Positions 43,700 to 55,192 of a stretch of 64,000 nt of DNA are shown here, in pieces (within the stretch, counting starts at the first letter, position 1; the number at the start of each line of letters is the position of its first letter). The translations under genes were made by a program, and so were the position numbers. The notes beneath the pieces were generated by a model. It was not told the origin of the DNA, searched no databases, and saw only the letters and a list, made by a program, of their open reading frames with translations. Source of the DNA: Octopus vulgaris. Taxonomy: Eukaryota. Location of the stretch: positions 77,004,001-77,068,000 of the forward strand of contig OX597827.1 in assembly GCA_951406725.2 (NCBI GenBank). The letters run 5' to 3'.

Positions 43700-44250
43700 A
43701 CTGTGTTTTACACCTGCAAGAAACAACAGCCAAATTTACCTGAATACATGCATACTCAGCTGAGCTGGAAATGGCAGCCAAATCTCCCTCAATTTGTACT
43801 TGACCAAACTAGAAATAGTAGCTGAATTTTCCTCAATTCACGCTCAATTGAGCATATAACAATAGCAACATCTCCTTAAATTCATACTTGACCGGACTAG
43901 AAATAACAGCCAACTAAATCTCCCTCAATTCACATTCTATGAAGTCCCTCAATCGGCACTCAACTAAGCTAGTAATAGCAACCAAATCTCCATCAATTCA
44001 CATTCTGTGAAGTCCTTCAATCGACACTCAACCAAGCTAGAAATGACAACTATGAAGTCCCTCAATCGACACTCAACCATGCTAGTAATAGCAACCAAAT
44101 CTCCCTCAATTCACATTCTATGAAGTCCTTCAATCGACATTCAACCAAGCTAGTAATAGTAACCAAATCTCCCTCAATTCACATTCTATGAAGTCCTTCA
44201 ATCGACACTCAACCAAGCTAGAAATAGCAACCAAATCTCCCTCAATTCAT
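43700..44250 (+). repeat. Minisatellite, ~59 bp unit (AAATCTCCCTCAATTCACATTCTATGAAGTCC.TCAATCGACACTCAACCAAGCTAG.AATAGCAACC)
   Basis: About 5 well-conserved units at 43915-44250 and degenerate shorter units upstream. Confidence 0.9.
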
Positions 44251-45731
44251 GCCATAACTGTCTGGGAAAGCAGACATATTGGCTAACACACTTAACTGCA
44301 CTATGCATTGACAGCTGATGGGGTGGTGGTCATGACTGGAACTGTTTTGATCTTAGGTCTGGTCGACCAAGGCTGGCTTGGGGCTATATACAACAGCAAG
44401 ATAATTAGCACTCCACCGCCCCCCGCCCCCCCGCCCTGAACCTCACCTTCTGGAGTTAAGTAATGTAAATCTCATTAGTCTCAAAACATTCACCACGACC
44501 ACCACCACCTAGTGCTCCCCGCAGCCCTATCACACCACTTCACCTCCCACTCCTCCATGCTCAGTCACTTACTCTCCCACCCTCTTCCCCCCTCCCCACA
44601 ACACCTCTGATCCTCGCATCCCCCCCCCCGCGCCTCTACCACCACCACCATCGCTACCACCTACCAACACATACACAAAACACACCCAAATTTCACTATA
44701 ACACCCACACTCACCACCACCACCACCTGGACCTGCACCACCACCACCACAGCTGCCAGCACAGATACACTTTTTTTTTTTTACTCTCCTAGGAATCCAC
44801 CCCTTCCACCGCCGCCACCACCACCACCACCACCACTACAAAAGCATATCAGGAAAACACTCTACCACCACCACCAGCACCTCACTGACAACACATTTAC
44901 CAGTGCACTGTCACCACTACCACGGCCGCCGCCACCACCATCACAGTACACCACTGTCTCTCTGCCACCACCGCTGCCGCCACTGTCACCACCACAGAAC
45001 AAACCACTACCAACCCCCATCACCTCCTCTTCCTCCACACCACCACTGCTACTGCCACAAGTCCCTTCCCCCCCCCCCCGTTCTCTGCCCCCCCCCTCCC
45101 ACACACACACACACACCCCTTACCAACAACACAATATACCACTGCCACTAACAACAAACTACACCAACCAGTGCTTCATCACCACCACCAGCGCCGCCCA
45201 AGAACTGCTCACCTCACTTAATAGCACTCCCACCCCCTGCACTTCTATTTCCCCCACACACAGACTACTCTGCCGCCGCCTCCACCAAATTTCTGTTCCC
45301 CCCCTTTTTCTCTTTTTCTCTCTCTCTGCTATGTCTGTCAGTCCTCCAAGGAGGTCTCTCTCTCTCTGTACTGTGTGTTGTGGCAGTGAGTCACACAGTC
45401 ATATACACACACATACACAGCAGACTGCTGTCTGTCTGTGTGTGTATGGTGATGGTATGATGGTTAGGTTAGTGGTGAGTTTTCACTGGTTGACAGAAAA
45501 GGAAGGAGAGACAGAGGTAGGAGGAGGGGAGAGAATGGTGAAGGTTTGTGGGTTGGTTGGCTGGTTGGCTGGTGACTTGCTAAGGTCCACTGGGATAGGC
45601 CAGAGGCAACAAGAGCACCCCCACACATAGCCCCACACATGCTAATTTATATATAAATATATGTATGCATACAATATATATATACACACACATATATACA
45701 CACATGTACATATATATATATATATACATAT

Positions 45732-45786
<55 letters not shown>

Positions 45787-45930
45787 TATATATACACATA
45801 TCTATATATATATATACACAATACATATATACACACACACACACATATATACACATATCTATATATATATATATATATATACATACATATATATATATAT
45901 ATATACATACATATATTTATATATATACAT

Positions 45931-45961
<31 letters not shown>

Positions 45962-47103
45962 CACATACACACATTTGCATACACACATATATGTATATGT
46001 GTGTGTGCGTGTATATATACATATATATATGTATTTGTAATTTAAACTTGCAGATGTGTGTGTGTGTGTGTATATATATATATCCTCCCATGTATGTATA
46101 TGTATACACATATATATTCTATCAACTCATTCTACACACCTCTCCTTGTTTGTCTACATGTGGTGACGAAAGTTTGTAGAGGTGGTGCATAACCCTGGAG
46201 CGGTGTGCATATATATATGAATGCAAGATAGTCTAGATGTGTGTATAAACATGTGTGAGTACATAGAGAGGGAGAGAGAGGAAAGGAGAGTTATATATAC
46301 ATCTATGTATGTTAAACTTTTGTAACCTTTACAGTGAAGGTCAGACTAACTTGGGAAACTCGATGTAACATTGTATATGTGTGTGTATGAGTAGAGAGAT
46401 AACAGAGACAGAGTATTGAGAAGTGTTTCAGGAGACAGGGCAACCCAACTAATGCTGGTGCTACAACAAACTACTCCCAGTACTTTCTGTAGAATGGTTG
46501 GTGTTAAGAAGGGTATGTGAGGGGGGAGGCAAAATACAGCATACAAATGGAACATCGTCCCCTACACCAAGCGCTCTAACAGAAGGACCATGTATTATAC
46601 ACACATAAGAACCACCACACACACATTTCTACAACAAATACACGCATGAAGATACACAGCCTGCATCTGTTTACATTTATGTATGCTTACTTATGTGATT
46701 GTGTGTGTGTGTGTGGGAAGGATTGTCCATTTCTGTTTCCCTGTGAATCAAAGACGCTCGTTCTACATCTTTGTGTGTGTGTGTCTTTGTCACTTTACCT
46801 TAACGATGTCATCGTTGGTTTCAAAGGGAGATGATTCTTTCATCCCTTTTTTTTTTTTCCAAAAAAAAGTTTTGTGAGAGAAAGTTCACTTCAAATATGG
46901 CTTCAGTAATAGAGCTCTAGAATTTTCTCAGATATATATATATATACACGCTGTCGTTAAGAGAGTGCTTTTGTGACTTTGGAGTTGCTTTAACTCTTAT
47001 TTTTAGCAAAAGCAGTGCTGGTCTGTATACCTTGTCACTTTTGTGACTTCTGTTAATTTTACCTTTGAGTTCTAATTGCTTATAAGCCACCCTTTGTAAT
47101 TTG

Positions 47104-47148
<45 letters not shown>

Positions 47149-47216
47149 TACACACATACATACATACACACATACACACATACATACATACATACATACA
47201 TACATACATACATACA

Positions 47217-47296
<80 letters not shown>

Positions 47297-47464
47297 CATC
47301 ATTTGACATCTGTCTTTTCTGCATGCTGGGTATGGCTTGAGTAGTTTGGCAGGGGGTGGCAAGATTGCTTCAAGCACCGCTGACCATTTTGGCATGGTTA
47401 ATATGGCTGGATGTTTTTTACATGTCACCAGTACCAGCAAGGTCTGCATAAGCATGTGTGTATG

Positions 47465-47512
<48 letters not shown>

Positions 47513-48646
47513 TCCACACACATATGTATAGGTGTAGGCATGACTGTGTGAAAGGAAGTTAGCTTTCAAAGTCTGTGGTCTTGGTTTCAATTTCAGTTCC
47601 ACTGTGTGGAACCTTGAGCAAGTTTATTTTTTTACTCCACTATAATCTTGGGCTGACCAAAACTGAGCCGATTTGGCTGGTGGAAACTGTAGGGAAGCCC
47701 ATTGAGTTGATTGCAATTTAAAAAGGCTTGCAGGTTTGTCTTGTCGCAGACTGTGCTGTGCTGATTCTACCTGTGAGCTGTGTTAAAGGTACACATGTCT
47801 ATAGAAATACTCAGCCAGTTAGACATTAATTCTAGGGCGGGTAATTCAGTTGAGCTCAAACGACTGAATCCTCGTCGTCAAACAACAGTAACCCACTACC
47901 ACCACCACCATTACTGCCAACGCTGCCATCAAATACCTTATTTGACACTTGCATGTAAATGCACAGTAGTGCATCAGGTGTGCTAGTTTCTGAGTAAGTA
48001 TGCACAGTGAATCAGTGGCATGCAGAAGAATTAATAATCCACCACCACCACCATCATCGTCATCATCATCGTATGATTGCAAACTGCACATTTGCCATGC
48101 ACTGTCTGTGCACCTCCTGCACTGTTCGTTTGTCATGAATGTACTGTTGTACAGTAAGCTGCTGCATGCGGCTAGTCATATGCACACGTACGCATGCAAG
48201 CTTGCATACACACGTTTATATACACATTTATCATATAGAAGCATATCTGTGGTTAGAACTTAATATGTCGCCAACAGATGCCGTCTGTTTGTGTGTGTGT
48301 TTACCCTTTTATGTTTACCCTTGTTTTCCTATCTATGTATGATTTGTATTTATGTCTCAACCTGTCTTGTCTGTTTCTCAGTATGTGAGTGTGTATATAT
48401 ATATATATACATCTGTACCACCATCATAATATGTGTGTGAATATATATATACACACATTTGTATCACCATCATAATATATGTGTGTGTAAATATATATAT
48501 ATATATATACAACACATGCACATGTATATACATACATGCACACGAGCGTGGGTATATATATATATACACGCATGCACACATGAGTGTATGTATGTATATA
48601 TACACATCTGTATCACCATTATAATATGTGTGTGTGTGTAAATATG

Positions 48647-48725
<79 letters not shown>

Positions 48726-49272
48726 GTACATGTATATACATACATGCACACATGAGTGTGTGTATGTATATACACATTTCCAGTCCAACTCAAAATAACT
48801 TCAGATGAATGTTTTTCCATTTATAATATTTAAAAAAATAAATTTAATTAGATATTTCGCTGGGGCATATTTTATCATAATTAATTGTGTAAACGAACTA
48901 TTGTTAATTAAGCTGATGTAAATTACTGCACTAAAGTTGCTGTATACTATTTAGGAATGGAACAAGGTGAAACTGCTCACTGCCTTGGCCATACCATCAG
49001 AGGAATTTATATCCATGTCTGCGAGTTGGGGTCTGAGCCTCTACGTGGACACTTAATATGCTAAAAATAGCAGCCAGGTCTTTTTTGATCAAAGCCTGCC
49101 ATCAGAAAATGATAAGGAAGGTGTAAACACACATTAGTTTATGTAGATGTGGAATACTCTTTGTGTCAATTAATTTTTAAAGTAATGAAAAATTTAGTCA
49201 AATAACTTTGTTATTAAGCTGATACTTGGAACATAAATTCACCTGGAATTTTGATGGTTTAGATCACTTTAA

Positions 49273-49687
49273 CCCTTTTGTTACCATATTTGTGTTAGAA
49301 TATATACTGCCTTCGTTTCAATTAATTATGAAAAAAATGCAGAATTTAGTGAAATAATTTTGTCATTGTTAATCTTGTTTTCTATTTAGAAAACTTTAAC
49401 CCTTTTGTTACTGTATTTATTTTGAGATGCTCTGTGTTTCTTTCAATTACTTTAAACATAACAAAGAATTTAGTAAAATAACTTGGTTATCATTAAGCTA
49501 GTGTTAGGAACACAAATTGTGACTAAGGTTTGTTGGAAGATTTTAATTCAGAACTTTTGAAAACAAGACATTTGTACTCAGAGCCACAACCGGTTTCAGC
49601 CGGGTTGGTCATGAAAGGGTTAAAACAGGAAGTATGTATCATACATAGAACCAAGTAGCAGTCTTAGATGAGCAGTCACCAAAAGGG
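49273..49687. mobile_element. Nested TTAA-flanked MITEs (piggyBac-like CCCTT termini); inner copy 49400-49619
   Basis: TTAA|CCCTTTT at 49269 and 49396; AAAGGG|TTAA at 49620 and 49688. The inner copy matches 63642-63836. Confidence 0.8.
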
Positions 49688-49934
49688 TTAAGTCAGTCTC
49701 CTAAGTTGGCCCCGGCCTTGGACTAAACCATTGCAGTATTTCTCATTGCTTTCCTCTTTTTTAGATTCATTTTATCCATATTCTAGATTAAATGGTGGTA
49801 CATATTTTTGCACATAAAATTTAGTATCCTTCTAAACTGATAAAACAAACAAGTCTGTTGTGATGTGTTTTGTCAAATACATTTATATGTAGATGTGTAT
49901 ATTTTTATATTATATCTCCATAAATGTTAATATG

Positions 49935-49957
49935 TGTTTTTTTCTTGTATTTTTCAG
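49935..49957 (+). promoter_or_regulatory. 3' splice site (polypyrimidine tract + CAG) of the zinc-finger coding exon
   Basis: tgtttttttcttgtatttttcag|gtatc, with AG at 49956-49957, 158 nt upstream of the ATG. AT-rich intron-like sequence lies upstream. Confidence 0.75.
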
Positions 49958-50115
49958 GTATCTCCTTTGATAACAAGTGTAAATGGATCAGCTGCTGACG
50001 TTCCTGTTAAAATAGAGAATCCAAATATTTATTTTTTCCCTGTGAAGAATATTGAATCCTGTTCTGTGTTGCTCGACCATCTTTGAGTCAATTCGAGGTG
50101 AAATTCTCTAGAAAC

Positions 50116-52101
50116 ATGATGGATAAAACTAACTTGTCGAAAATAACCGAGGAAGCAATCATTAAGAAAAGTAACGAGGTAGCAACAGTTGACCGACCTC
50201 CTTCACATGCCATTCCATACGAAAGACAATTTGCTCAACCCTACACAATCCCAGCAGCTCATCGGAGACCGCCGACTACGAGCCCCAAACCACCGCCACC
50301 CCACTTTACACATCAGATCTTGAGTAACCAGTTCCTTCAGCGTTGTTACTTGAAGACACATGGATTATTTCCAACAAATCAGAAAATCTCTATTGATGAT
50401 ATTTACGGAAAACAGTTTATGCAGAACTGCTTCTTGACCCCATCGTCATTACAAGAGTGCACTGGAGAGAATGGTTGCCCCATCACTAATGGGGTCCTTG
50501 AGAAACAGCCGTCACTTGCTGCTGATGTTGCAGAGAAACGGGACAACGACTGCAACGCAATTGCTGGCAAGGAGAACAACTGCAGCGATACTTACTGCAA
50601 TAATGACCCCATCCATATTCAACATAAACCAATGGCCCTCTTCAAGAAGGACCTGACGTCTACCAGTATGGTTAGTCGTATTTCTACGTTGGGTAACCTT
50701 CTGTTGACGACGCAACCGGTGCCAGATAAGCCATTCCATTGTGATCTGTGTCCCAAGAAGTTCACAAGGAGGAATACGTTGCAGATCCATAAACGGATTC
50801 ATACGGGGGAGAAGTTGTTCAATTGTAACTATTGTGCGAAACAGTTTGTTCACCGAGACAAGTTGCAGATCCATGAGCGGACCCACACGGGGGAGAAACC
50901 ATTCCACTGCAGTTATTGTCCGAAGCAGTTCTCGCGCAAAGACAAGCTGAAAATCCACGAGACTGTCCACACCGGTGCCAAACCCTATCACTGCGAGTTT
51001 TGTTTGAAACAGTTTTCACGAGGAGATAAACTCCAAATTCATCGGAGGATCCACACTGGGGAAAGACCGTTTCCTTGCACCTATTGTGGCAAAAGATTCA
51101 TTCAAAGAGAGAAGCTGAAGATTCACGAAAGAATTCATACAGGGGAGCGTCCCTTCTCTTGCGATATTTGTTGTAAGCAGTTTTCTCGCGGGGACAAACT
51201 CCAAGTTCATCGTAGGACCCACACGGGGGAGAAACCCTTTTCCTGTGACATTTGTCCCAAATCTTTTGCCCAAAAGGACAACTTGGTCATCCACAGACGC
51301 ACTCACACGGGTGAGAAACCATTTGCTTGTGAGATCTGTACAAAATGCTTTTCCCGCCGTGATAAGCTGCAACTGCATCGGAAAATCCACACAGGGGACA
51401 GACCCTTTCAGTGTAATTATTGCCCGAAACAGTTCATCCAGAGAGATAAACTTATGATCCATGAACGGACCCATACTGGGGAGAAGCCTTTCCACTGTGA
51501 TCTTTGCAGCCGACAGTTTGCCAGGAAAGACAAGCTTCAGGTCCATCGTAGAATTCACACGGGGGAGAAGCCCTTCCACTGTGAATTCTGTGCCCGTGAT
51601 TTTAATCGCAGTGACAAACTACAGATACACAGACGCATCCACTTGAACAATCTCAACAGCAACAACACACCTGACAAGAACCACACCGAACCCTGTGATA
51701 TCTGCATGAAAAAAGACTTTCTTGTACAACAGCAGAGAATGCAGGGAATGCCGGTCAGCAACGGCGCCGAGGACGCCCATATATTGGCCATGAATAACCA
51801 CGAGAGCATCATTACAGTCCCTGCCGTTGCTCATCAGCACAATGAAGATCATTTGGCACTGCACGAGTGCCATGTTTGTCTGCAGAAATTCCCAGACAAG
51901 GAAGCTGTCATGCTGCACATGAAGATACACAGTGAACCTCTGCTGCAGTGCAACATGTGCCCACGGCAATTTGCGTCTGCGCTCAAGCTGCAGAGTCATC
52001 AGAAGAGCCATGGCTCTGTGAAGAATAATTTCTTGAAGCCAAATTCTTGCAAAAGTTTAAGAGAGTATACTCCGGTTAGCTCTATCCTCTGTCCCTGGTG
52101 A
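50116..52101 (+). CDS. C2H2 (Kruppel-type) zinc-finger protein, 661 aa, 11 tandem fingers with TGEKP-type linkers plus 2 isolated C-terminal fingers; no recognisable effector domain
   Basis: Uninterrupted ORF (track 50083-52101, which starts at a TTG; first ATG is 50116). Repeats CxxC-x12-HxxxH-TGEKP, e.g. CDLCPKKFTRRNTLQIHKRIHTGEK. An in-frame TGA at 49996-49998 means the CDS starts within this exon. Confidence 0.95.
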   Translation: MMDKTNLSKITEEAIIKKSNEVATVDRPPSHAIPYERQFAQPYTIPAAHRRPPTTSPKPPPPHFTHQILSNQFLQRCYLKTHGLFPTNQKISIDDIYGKQFMQNCFLTPSSLQECTGENGCPITNGVLEKQPSLAADVAEKRDNDCNAIAGKENNCSDTYCNNDPIHIQHKPMALFKKDLTSTSMVSRISTLGNLLLTTQPVPDKPFHCDLCPKKFTRRNTLQIHKRIHTGEKLFNCNYCAKQFVHRDKLQIHERTHTGEKPFHCSYCPKQFSRKDKLKIHETVHTGAKPYHCEFCLKQFSRGDKLQIHRRIHTGERPFPCTYCGKRFIQREKLKIHERIHTGERPFSCDICCKQFSRGDKLQVHRRTHTGEKPFSCDICPKSFAQKDNLVIHRRTHTGEKPFACEICTKCFSRRDKLQLHRKIHTGDRPFQCNYCPKQFIQRDKLMIHERTHTGEKPFHCDLCSRQFARKDKLQVHRRIHTGEKPFHCEFCARDFNRSDKLQIHRRIHLNNLNSNNTPDKNHTEPCDICMKKDFLVQQQRMQGMPVSNGAEDAHILAMNNHESIITVPAVAHQHNEDHLALHECHVCLQKFPDKEAVMLHMKIHSEPLLQCNMCPRQFASALKLQSHQKSHGSVKNNFLKPNSCKSLREYTPVSSILCPW

Positions 52102-52593
52102 TTGTACACTCTCTTCAATATATAGATTTATTATGTGTCTCCACACACAGATTTATATACAAACAGAAGAAATATATATATAAACTTGTATACACTCTTG
52201 CATTTATACATGTATGAGTGTATAACCTTAAATACATATATGTATATGCATATATATATGTGTGTGTATTTATATATATATATATATGTGTATATATATA
52301 TATATAATATAAAAACTTAAGACATTCACACTTGTGCACCACAGAGTCTGAAGCTCTCAGCTGTAGGAAGTCTTTTAGGAGTGGTTGTCACATGTTTTAG
52401 GGGTGGATGTCATATTTAGACTTGATCTCTGACTCAGACACCTGGTGATGTTTTTTTTTTCCACTTTTTTGTTGTTGTTTCTAGTTTATTATTGATATTA
52501 TTATTATTATTATTATTACTATTGACGCCTCCTTCAACATCTTGCCACACTGACTGTTGTTGTACACACTGGGCCATGCCAGGATATATATAC

Positions 52594-52630
<37 letters not shown>

Positions 52631-53069
52631 AACCTGTGCATACAAGGACAATGGGCTCTGCTCTACTTCTTCAGACTTAAGAAAAACTGTAAATAGAAAG
52701 ACTAAAAATATATATATATATATATGTACACAAGCATACATACATACATACATACATACACATACATACATACATGTATATACACACACACTTTCCCCAA
52801 TGCTGTTTCTACTCCTTGCTTACTCAACTGTACTAACAATGGCTATTCTATCTCTGGCCTGCTTTATATTAGCCCAACTCCTACATCCCCCATCACACAC
52901 ATATGTCTCCTATCCTAAACCCCTTTACACCCCACCACCACCACCACCATCTGTATTAACCCGGCCTGTTTGAAGCTGCCTCCAGTTCTACGATGTGAGT
53001 ATCTCTCTTGTATGAAAACCCCCAGCATTAATTTTGAGGCCTTCTACCAGTGTTAGAAACTGCATTGTT

Positions 53070-53290
53070 CCATCATCATCATCATTGTTCGACCGTGGTC
53101 GAGACAATGGAATTTACCGTGCTACGCCAGACTTCACGGTCCATCATGGCATTACGGAGGTCCTGTTGCTGGATGCCTGTATCCCTGGAGATTACATCAG
53201 GGTAGGGAGAGTGTGCGCCCTCTGGTATTGCGAGTAGATGGCTTCCAGAGGAGAAGAGTAGAAATTGCCTCGTTTTCAGCTCTACAACAA
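53070..53290 (-). mobile_element. 5'-truncated LINE 3' end (RTE-like C-terminus) with (TGA)n tail
   Basis: SYPDVISRDTGIQQQDLRNAMMDREVWRSTVNSIVSTTVEQ* directly followed by TGATGATGA; CpG-rich, so it looks young. Confidence 0.7.
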
Positions 53291-53727
53291 TGTCCAGCAA
53301 ACTGGACTCTCCTACCTTTCACAAGAGATGACACATGTGGTAGTTTCCCAACATGTTTCATACATGTCCCAATTCACACACATACACACACACACACATG
53401 CTTTGACCACCTCAAGTCTTGAAGGAGCCAACTTTAGACTGTCTACTGTACATTAGCACATTGAATTTAACCATTTAATTCCCAATGTTCTTCACATTTT
53501 ACCAAAATTAAAAACCAAACAGAGAAACTCAATGGTTTCTTGGAACCATAATTCGTTGTTTTTGTTGTTCATTCTCTTGTTGTTTCTGTTGTTGTTTTTG
53601 TTGTCTGCTCCTATTCTAGAAGCTGTTTGTGAGGACTGAACCCTCTGGGGCCTGGGCATCTATGTCCAACTTTATTCTCCATCTGTGCTCTTGTGCAAAA
53701 AAAAAAATAAAATAAGGCAAATAGTTA

Positions 53728-53889
53728 GGTGCAGGAGTGGCTGTGTGGTAAGTAGCTTGCTAACCAACCACATGGTTCCGGGTTCAGTCCCACTGCGTGG
53801 CATCTTGGGCAAGTGTCTTCTGCTATAGCCTCCGGCCGACCAATGCCTTGTGAGTGGATTTGGTAGATGGAAACTGAAAGAAGCCTGTC

Positions 53890-53933
<44 letters not shown>

Positions 53934-54140
53934 ATATGTTTGTGTGTCTGTGTTTGTCCCCCTAGCATTGCTTGACAACTGATGCTGGTGTGTTTATGTC
54001 CCCGTTACTTAGCGGTTCGGCAAAAGAGACCGATATTCTTACAAAGAATAAGAAGTCCCGGGGTCGATTTGCTCGACTAAAGGCGGTGCTCCAGCATGGC
54101 CACAGTCAAATGACTGAAACAAGTAAAAGAGTAAAAGAGT
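53728..54140 (+). mobile_element. tRNA-derived SINE family B, near full length, with internal (TA)n(TG)n and GTAAAAGA tail
   Basis: A-box-like TGGCTGTGTGG, B-box-like GGTTCAGTCCC and CORE-like TTGGGCAAGTG. Copies at 2357-2753 (-), 3443-3745 (+), 9015-9175, 11514-11670, 18035-18200, 32950-33100, 35545-35845, 61125-61252. Confidence 0.9.
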
Positions 54141-54878
54141 TACATATACAGGAATAACAACTGCAGGCAAACTGATGGATAGAATCACAAAAAGAGTTGA
54201 AGAGAATAACAATAATACGTATTGTTATATTTCGGGATGGTCTTGTCTTTTTTTTTTTCATTTCCTTAACAACAATAGGCCTTTCTCTCAACAACCATAT
54301 TTGTTAGACCCAATTGCTCTTGTTGCCAGTGTAAGTGCAGACTTTTCATCCAGAGATTAAATATCTTTGATAATTTCCTCAACTGCAAAGAGTCTCGGCC
54401 TTGCTTCTTGTGTACAAGACCAAGTGCTAGGTTCATCACTCAAATTTTTTTTTTTTCTTTTTCTGTTTAAAAAAAGTAAACAACAGCGATGGTAGGGACA
54501 CCATTAAGAATGACTCATAAACACACTTGGCTAAAAAGCTACAATGTGACCAGTTGTCTATTTTTAGTCTGCTGCCGGGGATGACATTTTAAGCTGTTCC
54601 TTGTATGGCAGGAACTTGGTGAGACGCTGTTGAGAATTCCTACCTCCAACTTGTTGATTTGGGTGACTTGTGTTGAATGAAGAGTAATTTGAAACAGGAT
54701 TTTCCAACCAGATGTCACTTCCTGTTGCCAATTCCTTCTTTCTTTCTTTTCTTTTCTTTTCTTTTCTTTTTTTTTCTTCTGCAGCAGCGTGGGTATTCCT
54801 AGCATCATCGAGAACTGCAGAGCAACCATTTGTAACGTCAGCAAGGAATGTAAACATATATATATATATATATATATA

Positions 54879-55192
54879 CTAGCAGTATCGCCCGGCGTTG
54901 CTCGGGTTTGTAAGGGAAATAACTATATAAGCATTTTTAGAGAGTAATAGCAAAAAAATGCATTAAAAATGGGAAAAAAATTATGGTAATTTTTTTTTAA
55001 ATCGTTGACTCATCGTAGACGTTTTTAGAGAGTTACTTCCCTTAATATAATAGCGAAAAAAATGCATTAAAATGGAAAAAGATGATGGTAAATTTTTTTT
55101 AAATCGTAGACTCATCGTAGATGCGCGCTAATACCCAGAAGGAATCTAGATCGTAGGAGACAGACACACAACCTTACTTTTATATATAAAGA
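54879..55192 (-). mobile_element. Complete non-autonomous Helitron (~314 bp) inserted in (TA)n
   Basis: Minus strand reads A|TCTTTATATATAAAA ... CCCGAGCAACGCCGGG hairpin, then CGATACTG-CTAG|T. No TSD. Internal ~95 bp tandem duplication. Confidence 0.88.

Noticed and set aside
43915-44250. Regularly spaced repeats superficially like a CRISPR array
   Set aside because: Whole units are repeated with no unique spacers; eukaryotic context and no cas genes.
50083-50115. Track start at TTG 50083
   Set aside because: Eukaryotic context; the first ATG is 50116.
50471-52011. Alternative-frame and antisense ORFs overlapping the ZF gene
   Set aside because: Shadow ORFs of a repetitive coding sequence.
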